A stretch of DNA of 63,172 nucleotides, filler included, from Blastocystis sp. subtype 4 (GCF_000743755.1; 17 parts of 17 records of this genome joined end to end with filler, not necessarily neighbours in it); one strand, 5' to 3'. Counted from the whole stretch's first letter, positions 1-13,303 are shown. Program-made: numbers and translations. The notes: generated from the sequence alone by a model not told the origin.

Positions 1-1
1 A

Positions 2-1384
2 GATGATTTCGATTCTCGTAGTCTATCAATCACTGATCATGATGCTAGTGTGTTCTCGAAGTTCCATGTGATTCTGTCAACATCTGGAATTGAGGAAGGC
101 ATTAATGTATTCAGTTTCGAGATTCATCGTCCTGTTGGTGGTACTACTGCCAATCCTGTTGTGTTTGATTCTACTGGAGTATTTGGAGTTGAAGACTGTT
201 CTACTGTTGTTGATTCTTATTCTTCTCTCACGTCTACTGATCTGGAATCAGGTACTGTTGCTGGAATCATGGATCTGGATCCTTACACTACTGGCTATCT
301 TCCTAACTCCATTGGAACCTATATTGACTGGACTGTTGAGAATCTGGTTGGAAGCAAATGGAATTCATTCAACATGGTTGGATCTAATACTGTTTCTTCT
401 TGGGGCTTTGATATCATTGCCAATTTCAATCCTGATGATACTATTAGTGAACAGATAACGATTTTGAGTGCTATTGATCAGACTGTGACTTCTCGAACTA
501 AGCCTCAGATCTCTGTTCCTGTGGCTCTAGCTGGATTCCGTAGATATCGATGGGAGGTTACTGTAGCTGGTTTAACAACAACCACTTTGGGTTCTGTTCA
601 TATGGCCTATTGTAAGGCTTCAGGATCTGTGTGTCCTTCAATTGACAACTATCCTTCGGTGGGTGAAGGTCAAATCTCTCCTTCTTCTTGTCCTGAGGGT
701 TACAGAGGTTATTCATATCGCGAGTGTTCTAATGGTGTGTTGGGTGAAGTCAAGACGGACCATTGTTCCAAGAGGCCTCCAGCAAATGCTCGTTACATGT
801 CCTCTATGAATCGATTTGTGATGGAAACATTTGTAACCACTGGTGTTCCTTCAGTGAGAAATATAGTTGATCGTTGGTACATTGATACTGGAGTAACTCT
901 TCCTTCAGGATTGAGTCTGAACGCCCAGACAGGAGAGATCTCTGGAACTCCTACAGCTGAAAAGGAGTTGACGACGTATACTGTGTATGCCGAAAATGAA
1001 TCAGGAGCGACTCAAGCAGTGGTATCAATTCATGTGAGAAAGGGACAATGCATGGCTGAAGGAGTGTTCCCTGTAACCGATGTGGGTGAAACAGCAGTGT
1101 ATGAGTGTTCGAGTCAGGGAAGCTATGTGGGAACTCAGAAGCGTGCCTGTGTGTTGGGAGATGTTGATGGAGAATGGCAAAATGCATCTGGATTCTGTGT
1201 GTCTTTTCTGCTGGTTGTTGTGATTGTGGTTATAGTAATCATCATTATCGTAGTTGTTGTATTTATCCTGCTCAGAACAGGGAAGAAGGCAAAGGCAAAA
1301 GGAGGAGTGAGGGGAAAGAAGAGTGTGAAAACGTCCAAAACTGCTAGCAAGTCTGTAGCCTCTACGAAGAAAGTGAAGGTCTAA
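2..1384 (+). CDS. Type I membrane surface protein with Ig-like (LPSGLSLNAQTGEISGTPT) and Cys-rich modules; C-terminal part, 5'-partial
   Basis: Frame open from base 2; putative Ig-like repeat motif, long hydrophobic TM helix, Lys-rich tail ending KKVKV; TGTTTGTT at 1393-1400. Confidence 0.8.
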   Translation, partial: DDFDSRSLSITDHDASVFSKFHVILSTSGIEEGINVFSFEIHRPVGGTTANPVVFDSTGVFGVEDCSTVVDSYSSLTSTDLESGTVAGIMDLDPYTTGYLPNSIGTYIDWTVENLVGSKWNSFNMVGSNTVSSWGFDIIANFNPDDTISEQITILSAIDQTVTSRTKPQISVPVALAGFRRYRWEVTVAGLTTTTLGSVHMAYCKASGSVCPSIDNYPSVGEGQISPSSCPEGYRGYSYRECSNGVLGEVKTDHCSKRPPANARYMSSMNRFVMETFVTTGVPSVRNIVDRWYIDTGVTLPSGLSLNAQTGEISGTPTAEKELTTYTVYAENESGATQAVVSIHVRKGQCMAEGVFPVTDVGETAVYECSSQGSYVGTQKRACVLGDVDGEWQNASGFCVSFLLVVVIVVIVIIIIVVVVFILLRTGKKAKAKGGVRGKKSVKTSKTASKSVASTKKVKV

Positions 1385-2410
1385 GTATTTTTTGTTTGTT
1401 CGAATAAGGATCACGATATATTTCACTATAGACTGGGGAATGGAGAGCCTACTAACAGATGCGTTATGTTCTTGAAATCTTCTCTCACTCACTACAATAG
1501 TCATAAACACTAGTAATAAACTGAAAACAGTGATAGATACGATTTGTATCCAAAGAGTTTGAATATGGTCTGTACAATGTGAATTGTAATGAAGGGTTGT
1601 TAGTGTTTGACTGATGATTGCATTTGAATTAGACATTCTACCACTCAGTGAAGATGGGACTAGGGTTTATTAGCAAAGTGATTGTATAATATGCAAATGA
1701 ATTGTGTTTGTTGATAATGAGATCAATCTTATCTGTCATCTATTCTCTTGAATCATGTATACTGAGTTTCTTATCATGTCATATCATGCATTGTTCATAA
1801 AGAAGAGAGGATCAAATGATGAAAACAACGAGAAGTATGATGATGAATAAAACAATAAATGGATAAGATGGAATAATGTGTGTATTAGATTGATGAGATA
1901 AGGAATGATGACATCATATCCTATTTGAATATATGAAGACAGATTGAAGTGATTTATTGGATTGTTGATGAAGTATGGAGTGTTTGAATAATCTGTGTAC
2001 AGGGAGTTTGTTGATTATTCGCTAACCTTGTGCATTTGACTCTTGATAGAAGTACTATCTATATGATGTATCAGTTAGTACATCCATCCAAAGATAGTGT
2101 CAGAAATGCAGTAGTTATCCGTTTCGGCTTTGAACGACATTACCTAATACTCACCAAATCACCCTACATCAATTAATGCTAAACTACTGCTCCTATTTCG
2201 TTAGTGGACGAACCAAAAGAAGGACCAATCAAACAGTGTATACATTACTGACACTAATTGCGGTTCTAAGCTACCTTATAAACTGAACCATATTCTGTGT
2301 TTGTTACTCAGTTAACTGTGATCAAATTAGGGCATACTTTTGTCATACCCTATGTCGGTGCCAGGGAGTTAGGCCATAAATCATCCCAAAACCACTAAAT
2401 AATCATTAAG

Positions 2411-3673
2411 ATGAAAACATCTCTTATTCTATGTATTTTTATACTCTTTCATCTAATTACGAATATCTATTCTTCTCTCTCAACTATTCATTGTTCGGAG
2501 GATGACATGGAGCTGAACATGGATGGAATCAATCATTCTCTCCTGTCTGTTCGTCATATTCATCATTCTGCAAATCAAACAGTGAATATGGAAAAATCGA
2601 ATCATACAATCTTGTCTGTTCGTCATATTCATCATTCTGCAAATCAAACAGTCAATTTAGATATATCAAGTCATACAAACTTCTCTGTTCATCAGAATAA
2701 TAGTTCTGAGACAGAAATGGCGCTGAATTTGGACCAATACAATCATTCTCTCTTATCAGTTCGTAATATGCACCATTCTGCAAATCAAACAGTCAAGTTA
2801 GATATACTGAATAATACTAACTTATCTGTTTATCAGAATAATAGTTCTGAGAAACAACAGAACTTAGATGAGTATAAATCCAATCATTCTCTCTCAACAA
2901 CTACACAGGTTCACGGTTATGAGAAAGAAATGGAGTTGAACTTGGACAGATTCAATCATTCTCTCTTATCAGTTCGTCATATTCATCATTCTGAGAATCA
3001 AACAGTGAATATGGATAAATCGGATCATACTATCTTATCTGTTCGTCATATTCATAATTCAAAGAATGAAATGAGATTGTATTGGGATAAATCGAATCAT
3101 ACTCTTCATCAATTTGGAGTCTATTCTTTCAATCGTACTTCTCCTTCTCTTAGAATGATGTATGATTATGATGATATTCAATATGGAATACCTTTCAATG
3201 AGTTCTATTCTAAAATGGAGAATCGATATGTGGGATTTGGAAAGAATCCATTTCACTTTCCTGATTATGTCATCACAGGTCATATTCAACCATACAAAGA
3301 AGGAAACAATATGCTTCTAATCACTGGATGTTCTGATAATCACTTTGTTTCTGCTGTTCCTGCAATGCTTGCTTGTATCAATGCTTCTGCAACTGCCAAT
3401 ATCGCTTTCATAGATTATGGAATCACAAATGATCAGTTGATTGAATTGGCTTCTGTCTTTGAATACATTCACAAGGTTCATTTGGCAATGAATTCCTCTT
3501 CCAAACTCTTCTATCGCAAATTCAATTTCCGAAATGCTCCTTCATGGATGGATATCTTCAATTGTGATACTAGAGGAGGATATTCATGGAAGGTGATTGG
3601 ATATATGGATTTGTTGTTTGAATGGAAAGCATTAGGAGCATGGATTGATGCTGGATCGATTGTATATGATGGA
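2411..3673 (+). CDS. Secreted or membrane-anchored protein with His/Asn-rich repeats and a DUF1647-like (glycosyltransferase-like) domain, 3'-partial
   Basis: N-terminal hydrophobic segment; repeats NHSLLSVRHIHHSANQTV; motifs ITGCSDNHF, IDYG, RKFNF, YSWK, WIDAGS resemble DUF1647 (recalled, not searched). Confidence 0.65.
2510..3110 (+). repeat. Intragenic ~69-bp (23-aa) degenerate tandem repeat
   Basis: TCTGTTCGTCATATTCATCATTCTG and variants recur near 2546, 2615, 2756, 2969 and 3038. Confidence 0.85.
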
Positions 3674-3773
3674 NNNNNNNNNNNNNNNNNNNNNNNNNNN
3701 NNNNNNNNNNNNNNNNNTTAATTAATTAANNNNNNNNNNNNNNNNNNNNNNNNNNNNNNNNNNNNNNNNNNNN
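3674..3773. other. Artificial contig-joining linker (44 N + TTAATTAATTAA + 44 N); first of 16
   Basis: Identical 100-bp linkers at 3674, 8567, 12304, 16040, 19768, 23493, 27192, 30847, 34517, 38132, 41724, 45303, 48920, 52487, 56037 and 59626; the 12-mer gives stops in all six frames. Confidence 0.99.
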
Positions 3774-4318
3774 GATTCGATGATTTGCCTTGAATGATTA
3801 TTGAGTAGTACATCTGACTAAATGGAAGAATAAACATTTCACTTTGTTCTTAATCACCTATCAGGTTGACTCAAAATGGTAAAGTAAATCTGCCATTTTG
3901 ATCCTATTTCAAAGTTATCCTTATAGCTACCCAGAGTTAAAGGCCCATGTTGGTGATGGTTTGTTTGCCTTCAATTTGTAGGTGATATACGTCATAACCT
4001 TGGTACTATTAATTGAACTTGTTGATATAATCTCATGTGTTATCATCTGTTTACATGTATCAGCACCAATCAAATTGTTTTATACATTACTGACACCATT
4101 CAGGGTTGTTTTACATCTTGATAACTATACCATCTTCTGTATTTTTAGTTAGTTATGTGTGAATTATTATTGTGAGTACTTTAATACAGTTGTTGGGAGA
4201 GAGAGGTGGAAGGTTCGTAGCACCTCTCTTCCGAATCATATAGCCTCTTTGTCTGTTTTCGTGGAACAAACAGTGACGGTATTATTTGTATACTTTCTGT
4301 AATTTGTATCCGCTTCCA

Positions 4319-5936
4319 TTAGTATGTTGTGCAGCAAGTTTTCTTTCTATTCATTTGATTCTGAATGTATTGCTGTAATGATTCAGTATCTATCTTGTAA
4401 TCAATAGTTCATTCTTACTTGTACTATTTAATTGATTGACTCTTCTAAACGCAAAACTGTCACCCATTTGAATATCGTCTTCTGATAGACTTGGAATATC
4501 TAGTGTATATTATTACTCTCTATTTCTACTTTCCCTATCCACCATAAGTTGTTTTCATACCCCTCTATTCGTTGTAATTCTGGAATATCTAATACTTATT
4601 CCTTTCCTCACTTTACTTTTCATTGTTAATGAATTTGATTCTCTTGTGGGACAGAAGCCTAATAGAGCCCATGATCCTAATTTGATGTATTGGAGTCGAT
4701 TCAAGTCTCATTTATCATTCATTCGATTCTCTTACTCTGAAACACAGCAGAATGAAACCACACAAATGAATATATATTCAGATGTATATACTGAAGAGAA
4801 GGGAGATTCTTCAATATAAGGGATTCATAACAATAGAATGACCACATTCCAAATGTGAGTTCTCTTAATTGATTACAATTGATAATCACACATTTGCTTC
4901 CTTCTCTATTCTTCTTGTCAAGATAGAAGCTATTTGTTCCAACACTCACACTTCTCAATTCATCAAATCCTTCCAATACAAATTTACTCACTTTCTTTAA
5001 GCAGTTATTTCCGATTTCAAGGATTTCAATTCTTTTCATATAGTCAATATCAAATACGCGCAATTCATTTCCATAACCATCTTCAAATCGTTTTATTCCA
5101 TCTTTATTCTTAGGTAGATAAATGCTCTTTTCTCTAATGAATCGATCAAGAGGATCAGCATCTTAATTAAAGCATATTGATTATTCTAACTTGAACTATA
5201 TAATTCTTGCACTTCACAAAAGATCTCATCTTCTACAATCTGAATTCCATTTTGAGTAAGTGATGGAATGTCTAAATCCAATGCAATTATCAATCATTAC
5301 TCTCCAATATCACTTCTCCTAGTCGTAAGAGGTTATAGGTGTGCACTTTCAATTGAGATAACAAAGGAAGATCTATTCAATCATATACTCACTCTTACTC
5401 TTCATTATAAATGAATTCGATTCTATAGTATCTTCGTTACCATCAAGAGCCCATGATTCAAGAGTTAGTTTGTAGTTTACTAAGATCTAGTTCATCACTC
5501 ATTCTATCATCGCATTCTCAAATACTATTGAATAACAAGAGTTGTACGAAAAACTTCCTATTTCAAGAGTAGTGAGACAGGGAAGATTTGAAAGAATGAA
5601 CTTATTATACTCACCTCCATCTCCTCCTTGAATAACAATTGATTCAATAGTATTTGAAATCTCATCTTGTTTACTGATATTTGATATCCACATTACTGAT
5701 GGATAGAGGGAGGATTAACCGGGAAGAAGGACATATGTAACGACTGTTTCTTGTAATGTAGTATTCAAGGGTGTCAGAATCTCAATCATTATCATTAGTC
5801 AATCATACTTGAACTACTCAGTTCTTTCACCTTATATAATGAACTACAATTATTCTTAATTCCTTGTTCAGTGAGTGATGGAATGTCTAATTCAAATACA
5901 ACCATCAATCGTCACTCTCCAATATCACTTTTGCCT
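4319..5936 (-). pseudogene. LRR-array family gene, diverged and 5'-truncated; spliced C-terminus RKKTCCTTY*
   Basis: Same exon modules as the other arrays (NLPSL, FE|N junctions); upstream end abuts the dispersed repeat at ~5936. Confidence 0.55.
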
Positions 5937-7045
5937 TGAATGATTATTGAATAATGCATTTACTTTAACAACATATTATTTGTGATACATTGTTAGTCAT
6001 TGTTGCTTTTCATTACTAGAGTATTATCAACAAAGAATTTGTGTTACATTGTTGACCATTATGATAATAGATGCAAAACTTTTGTGCTTCATTCATGTCT
6101 ATCATTTGACTTGAAATGGGTTGTATATGTGTTCCAAATTATGATCAAAATGTCTGCCTTTTCGAGCTTGTTTATGGGCCTTTTTGTCTGCATTTTCATG
6201 GCGTTTTTGTCTGGTAGGGTTAAGCGTGTATAGCTACCCAGGGTTGGAGGCCCATGTTTGCGACGGTTTGTCTGGTTGAAAGAATACGTATCATGCGTCA
6301 ATTACCTACTACTCTTGGTTCGTGGGTTTTGGCTTTTGAACCTTGGTCCTTAGTGTTTGTATTCATGGTAGTATTGGTCATTGGTTCATTGTATTGGTCC
6401 ATAGGGTCGGTCTTTGGCCCTTACTTCTTACTTTTGCTTTATAGGATTGGTTCTCGATCCTTCGTTTCGGTTTTTTCTCACAGAGCTTTCTTATTCTTTT
6501 CATTTCTTTTTGCCCTTTTGTTTTTACTTTTCTCCAAGAGTTATCCCCATTTACTTCTTCTCACGGAATCTCTGACCTTTGAGCTTTTAACCTTTCGGTT
6601 GTTCTCATGGAGTATTTCTTTATCGTTATTCAAACATGGATTACTGCTTCCTCTCGCTTGTTGCCAGTCGACAAGGATACAAAACACCTTCTGCAAGTAG
6701 TGTCGTTCTTATTTTCCCGAGGAGATTTCATAATCTTCTCAAGCTCTGTCCCTGTCTTTTCTTGTTCGTCTGTCATGTATGAACTTCGTTCTCTTGTGAT
6801 TTGGTTGTGATATTCATCTTATTCTATCACCTATGGAATCCTGTGTTCTCTAGGTGAAAATGACATCATTATGTTACTACAATGTCATCGGTGATTTCCC
6901 AGCTAGATGTCATTACTCTATTCTCCTAGATAGCTAGTGGTTGGGTTCATGAGTGTCAAGCAATCACTGGAGATTAGAATTACTCGTGAACGAGTATGAG
7001 GCCTGAATGGTATGGACATTAAGTGCCCGCTACGGCATCTAAGTA
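5937..7045 (-). repeat. Dispersed repeat cassette lying 3' of an LRR array
   Basis: 6060-6300 is the reverse complement of 23140-23370; 6560-7045 is the reverse complement of 62078-62620; remnants at 3786-3990. Confidence 0.8.
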
Positions 7046-7141
7046 GTGTTTATAGTGTTTAACATCTATTTTGTAACAAACAATATCTAATCACATTAAT
7101 CTTAAACCCCTCCACATATCTCGCATGTTTATTCTCTCCTC

Positions 7142-8566
7142 TTAAATGTACATATTCTTCTGTCGAATGAATCGATTAAGAGAATCAGCATCTCATTCAT
7201 TATCAATCAATCAATCATACTTGAACTATGCAATTCTCTTACCTCTTCAAATGGTTTATCTCTGTATTCCATCTCAATTCCTTCTTCACTCAGTGATGAA
7301 ATGTCTGATTCAAATTCAATCATCAATCACTTTCCAATTGCACTTTGCCTATACGACAGAAATTACCATAATTTCCTTTGATCAGTGATAGAGAAGGAAG
7401 ATCTGATCAATCAATCATCATTGTCATTCATACTCTTCATTATCAATTCATTTGATTCAACATTATCTTTATCACCACATAGGGCCCATAATCCAAGAGT
7501 GATGGATTGAAGTTGATTCAGATCTCATTCATCATTCATTCAATCATTCATACTCTCAAATACTATCAAATGACAATTCTTAAATGCATAACCATCCAAT
7601 TGAATGGATATGAGAGAAGGAAGATTCTTCAATTCAAATGATTCATAATAATTGAATGATTGGATTTCACTCAATTGATCACAATTCATTATCAAACATT
7701 TGCTTCCTTTTCTGTTCTCCTTATTGAGATAGAAGCCTTCTCTTCCAATCATCACACTCTTCAATTCATTCAATCCATCAATCTCAAATCGATTCACTTT
7801 TATAAAGCAATCACCTTCAATCTCTAGTCTCTCAATTCCTTTCAGGCTGTTAGCATCGAACACATTCAAATCATGTGCATTTGCATATTCAAATCGTTTT
7901 GCTTTACTAGAATCGTATTCTTCATCTATCACCAGTAGATACTCATTTTGCTGCCGAATGAATCGATTAAAAGAATCAGCATCTCATTCATTATCAGTCA
8001 GTCAATCATACTTGAACTATGCAATTCTCTTACCTCTTCAAATGGTTTATCTCTGTATTCCATCTCAATTCCTTCTTCACTCAGTGATGAAATGTCTAAC
8101 TCAAATTCAATCATCAATCATCACTCTCCAATATCACTTTCACTATGTACCTGAAATTGTCACCATCTCCTTTGATTGAAGTCAGGGAAGGAAGATCTTA
8201 TCAATCATTATCAAGATCATTCATACTCTTCATTATCAATTCATTCCTTTCAACCCTATATTCATCACTATCAAGTGCCCATGTCCCAAGAGTGATGGAT
8301 TGAAGTCGAACCAGATCTCATTAATCAATCAGTCAATCATTCATACTCTCAAATACTACCCCATGACACCGATAGAATACGCTCTTATCCAATTGAATGG
8401 ATATGAGAGAACGAAGATTCTTCAATTCAAATGATTCATACCAATAGAATGAATTACAACCAATATGGATTTGTTTCAATTGATCACAATTCATTATTAC
8501 ACATGAGCTTCCTTTTCTAGTATTATCATGGAGAGTAAAGCTCCCCTCTTCAATGATCAAACTCTC
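7142..8566 (-). CDS. LRR-array family gene, multi-exon, 5'-partial
   Basis: Repeated exons CVIMNCDQL...LKNLPSLISIQL separated by ~30-nt GTATGAATGA introns. Confidence 0.65.
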
Positions 8567-8666
8567 NNNNNNNNNNNNNNNNNNNNNNNNNNNNNNNNNN
8601 NNNNNNNNNNTTAATTAATTAANNNNNNNNNNNNNNNNNNNNNNNNNNNNNNNNNNNNNNNNNNNN

Positions 8667-10596
8667 AGACCAACCTGATGTATCATCACCAAACCAATTG
8701 TTAGGCACTTCACCCATCTTATAATACCATTGTTCTGAATGATTGATAGAAGGACGACGAAGATACACACTGCTAATACTATCCTGATTGTTATCATATC
8801 GACCCTTCACGACCATCTCCTCTTCACCATCAGGCAACATAGCATACATGTAATAATATGAACCAGAGTACCAGTAAGTGGAGGTTGAATAAAAGGCTAC
8901 ATCAAATCGCTCAACAGTGATACACAGATATGTTTCCCAATTAACATTAGCAGCATGAGTATGACCAGATTGAATCTCATAGAGAATGTTATCATTGGAA
9001 GAATCACGAAGTCGGAAATACTCATATTGAGGACTGTACGTATATGTTCGAAGAATCCTATAGAATGCTCCTGCACATTCAGTAAAGGTAATACTGATTG
9101 ATGTCTGAAGTTGAATTGTTCCCATTGTAGATGTAATCAGATAGGATGTCGATGGGGATGTAGCAGTTGCCGTTCCAGAAATGGTACAAGTATCAGGATC
9201 CATTGACACACCTGAAGGAAGTGCAGGAGAAATAGAACAACCATAGAAACCATACATTGTGGGTGCAATACTCACTTGTTCATAAGTACTGTAGAAAGAA
9301 TACTGATTTTGAGGATAGGATATACTGGTAGGAGGAGCACGATTACAAACAAGGAATTGAAGCTCATACACATACACAGTTCCAGACTGTGATGATTGAC
9401 CATTGAATCGAATCAGAGGATACTGGGGAAGTACACTCACTAAATCCCATTGAGCCCATGTACTTGATTCGTAAGTTTGTTCAGAAATTGAGAGAACAGT
9501 CTGCCAACTAGATGTTGTTGACATTGCACCTTCAATCGAAAAACTTCTAGGACTTAAGGTGATACTTGTATAAGGCCACACACGGAAGGAATTGATTTGA
9601 GGAATGGATCCTGAAATCTCAAAAGTGAGTGAACCAGGAGGAGTAGAGAGATAGGCTCCAGTATTTCGCGTAAACGTAATAGCATAGGTAGGATTTGTGA
9701 ATCCTGTTGCTGTAACAGTCATATCATTTGGAACAACAAAGCAATTGTTTGTTGAACTCAAACCAGCCATGAGTGAGAGGAATCCATCAAATTGAATGAA
9801 CACAGTGGTTGTAAGATCCACTGGATGGACTTCAACAGCCAAAACACTCGATGCAGTTACTTCATTAGCAGGACGAATGAGTCCACGATAACCATAGGTT
9901 GTATAGCTTCCTGTAGCTGGAGTACTACTCGATGGTGTACCATCAGCCATATTATCTCGGTATACTTCAACACCATTAATGTATGCAACAATTCCATAGC
10001 GATAGTTCAGTTGCATTTCAAAAGCGGCCATACTGTTGACTCCAACGAATTGCCTACGGAAGTATTGAGTTCCTTGTCCAGATATTGCTTCGCCACCTGC
10101 TGTATAGTCAGTCCAAGTACTATCATCAAAGCTGTACACTTTCCAGTCTCCAGAAGCATTGGCAGTATATTTCCAAGTCTCATACTTGTTGATGGGAGAA
10201 TACAAAGACAAAGGCTCTGTTTGAGAACTACCTGCAGTCATCATTGCCTTATACACCACATTTCCATTGATACTCTCGAACTTGATCCAAGCACCATCAG
10301 ACCAAGAATCACCATAACTATCAGTCATTTCCAGAGAGTATTGATAGTTAGTAGAAGCTGACAAGCATACTTCAATAACTCTTTCCTCGCTGTTAGTCAG
10401 TGATGGAGAAGTATAGACTTCTGTGGAACCAGAATAGATCTTGAACGACTCTTCATTTGCATAGTATCCTGTCTTCTTGGTTATCTTTGTATAGACCTGG
10501 TTAGAAGAACAATCAAGAGCAAAAGCAAGTACAGCTAATACTGATTCAAACAATATGCATCATACAAAGAACAAGTAATAACACAAATCGAAACAT
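8667..10596 (-). CDS. Ig-like surface protein family member, N-terminal part, 3'-partial
   Basis: ATG at 10596; the 31-nt intron 10535-10565 restores the signal peptide MFRFVLLLVLSVLAFA; ALPSGVSMDPDTCTISGT Ig-like motif; internal domain repeat. Confidence 0.8.
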
Positions 10597-12589
10597 TTTA
10601 ATGAAGAAACAAATGTGAATGTTAATGTCAATTTTAAGTGTTTCGAGTTCTAATAGAATGCATGAACAGTGATCATGTAATTTAGTGGCAGCCTCGTGTT
10701 TATAAATTGGATGTGTGTTGGATTTGCAAGATTCGTAGCGGATCCTTCTCTAACTCAAGTGTATTCATTTTTGCAGTTAGTAAGAACAATAATCTGTAGT
10801 AGAACCAGACTCATATAGATACTTATGTAGAAGAGGTATTCGGTTCATATACGGCCATTATTAAAGAAGGATATGCATATCCATCAGAAGCAGGATAAGA
10901 TCTAGTGTTTCAACAAGAACCTGATTTGTGTTTCGTTCACTGTGATATCATAATCGTCTGATTAAGCAGTGTCAACCACATCTGAGATCTGCATCAACTT
11001 TCGGTTGAGTGGAAGGGAAGATTTAATCCTGATTATTCACTCTGAGAAAGCACCTAAGAGTACAGTACAACAATATTGAAAAATCTGAATGAGGATAGTG
11101 GGGTTGGGTGTCGATGTTGATTTGAGGTATGGAAATCACATTGCATTCTTGCAAAACATTTGTTCAGGTGATATGCAGTAAGAAACAGCGTAATTAGTAC
11201 AAGTTGTCTGGGTGTCGATATTACTGTGCCTCGGAATCTTATTTCATAACTATGAGTATATGACAGAGTTATGCATAATAGATTGTGAATCAACTGAGAT
11301 ATTGTCATCCTGATGTTGATAATGAGGGTTAGGTGTGGGTATTCTCTACACTAAATAGTGATTTAGCAAGAATACAATACAATTGCAGAAAGTCTTTAAG
11401 GATTAACATGCAATCCCGATTATTCCCACCAGATGATACGTGATAGTTACCCGTTTGTTGTCTCATCTCATTCTTATCAACAATGAAATTCTTGAGAGTT
11501 GATTCTGATATAGGGTACTGCTTCATAAAGATCTAAGTGGAATTCTCATTGTCATTTTAATTGTATACTCACTTATCTCATTCCAAACGAAATGACAAAA
11601 GACAATGTTCTCTCCTTGTTCACAAACACTGAATAAGAGAACCAAGAACTACTTTGTGCTTAGAATTATTGGTGGAGTAGCTGTAGCTGCTCTCCTTTCT
11701 GCTTCTACCTCGATTTCTCCTCCAGACCCAATCCAAAGATACAATAATTCATCTTTGCGACTAGCGTGAAGTTGGTTCTATCAAAGTCAAGGTCAGCAGC
11801 GCCAAAACAACGACAACGTGAGAGCCTTCCAACATTACAGCTTACAAAAGGAGGAACATAGGCACATCCCTATGAACACGCAAGTCTAGATATCGAACTG
11901 CAGTCGATAGAAAATCACCTCTCTTGTTCTTATCTTTGTTATATTGAATCGGAATCTGAACAACTGGACCCTTTACATAGTTCATTCGAAAGAAATCAAC
12001 GATTCTAGACACTCCGTAACCATACCTCACTTTGACAAATCTACTACTTGGATGACAAGAGAATTGACGAGGCTGGTGTAGATGTTATTCATGTGGTATG
12101 GATGTGGGTTCAATCTGTACAACACAAGAGGTGTGGGTTTGGATCGTCGGGTTCAGCTGTTTATTTCGTGGCAAAGTATTGTTCTCAGTATGGTATTCCT
12201 GTGTACTTTTCAGATATCTTTGAAGGATGTTCACAGGAACGATTCATCAATCTAACACAAATGGATGCTCAGATTATTCCTACCAATGATGATGCATATT
12301 TCTNNNNNNNNNNNNNNNNNNNNNNNNNNNNNNNNNNNNNNNNNNNNTTAATTAATTAANNNNNNNNNNNNNNNNNNNNNNNNNNNNNNNNNNNNNNNNN
12401 NNNTTGCCTTGTGTAGTGTAAGATTATACAAATGCATTTCGGAAATCAAAGAGCTTTGAACAGAGAGTTGAGAGAAAGCAGAATCCCCGTGGGACAAGTT
12501 TAAAACGAGATAATGATTTATTTACAACTGCTATTACCAAAGTTGTTATACGAAAACAATGGATAACATAGAAAATATTGAAAATAGTA

Positions 12590-13191
12590 CTAAAGAGAGT
12601 TCAGAATGGTATTCGAGATTGTAACCGTATTCTTACTGTTTTGACTGTTCACCCACACCTAATTGTGATCATTTTGTTGCACATGTACAAATCCATTGAC
12701 TCCGATAGCACATTCATAGGGAATTTGTGATCCAATTGTCTGAAGAATATCACATGTTGGTTCCAATAATCTAAGAGTAAGTATAGGAACAAAATACCAC
12801 TTTCGAGCTTGTGTACAACTCACTTTAAACACATATCCAGCAGATAATTGTCCAAATAGGGATGAGCCATTCACCCACTCTGATCGAGGTCCACCTGAAA
12901 CGATGCAAGTCAAATCTGCTTGCATTCCCGGAAAAGTCTGCAAAACACGACAGTAAACCAAATCTCCAGGCTACATATAAGACAAAAAGATAATTCGAAC
13001 CTTGAGATAAGGATGGTTTCGTTTGGTTGCTCCTTCAAATGCTACAACATTCAAACGACCTGTATACGATGAATTGATGTCCACTTCATATTCCTCTGCA
13101 AATCGTTGTGTAATCACACCAATCACACAATCATCTCTTTGAGGTGTATAGACTAGTAGTAACATTACTCATATTGACAAAAACATTTCAT
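12590..13191 (-). CDS. RRP40: Exosome complex component Rrp40 (S1 + KH domains), multi-exon
   Basis: YTPQRDDCVIGVI, AFEGATKRNHPYLK, PYECAIGVNGFVWV motifs; start inferred. Confidence 0.85.
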
Positions 13192-13303
13192 TTGGTAGTA
13201 AACAACGATTCACCTGCCAATAAGGTTCTATATTAAGATAGTGATCGCGGGAATTCTATCCTATTGTCCATTCTTCTGTATAGAAACAACAAATATCCCT
13301 AAA

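Noticed and set aside
2095..2256. Imperfect 16-bp inverted repeat, possible MITE
   Set aside because: Short, no target-site duplication seen, and only a partial second match near 4081
3718..3729. Regularly spaced TTAATTAATTAA palindromes
   Set aside because: Artificial linker inside N runs, not a repeat array or regulatory site
4719..8560. Alternative genetic code to explain frequent in-frame stops
   Set aside because: Stops are explained by short introns and pseudogenisation; long exons translate cleanly with the standard code
10700..12303. Fragmentary ORFs, possibly decayed glycosyltransferase-like genes
   Set aside because: No consistent spliced frame or recognisable motif could be built
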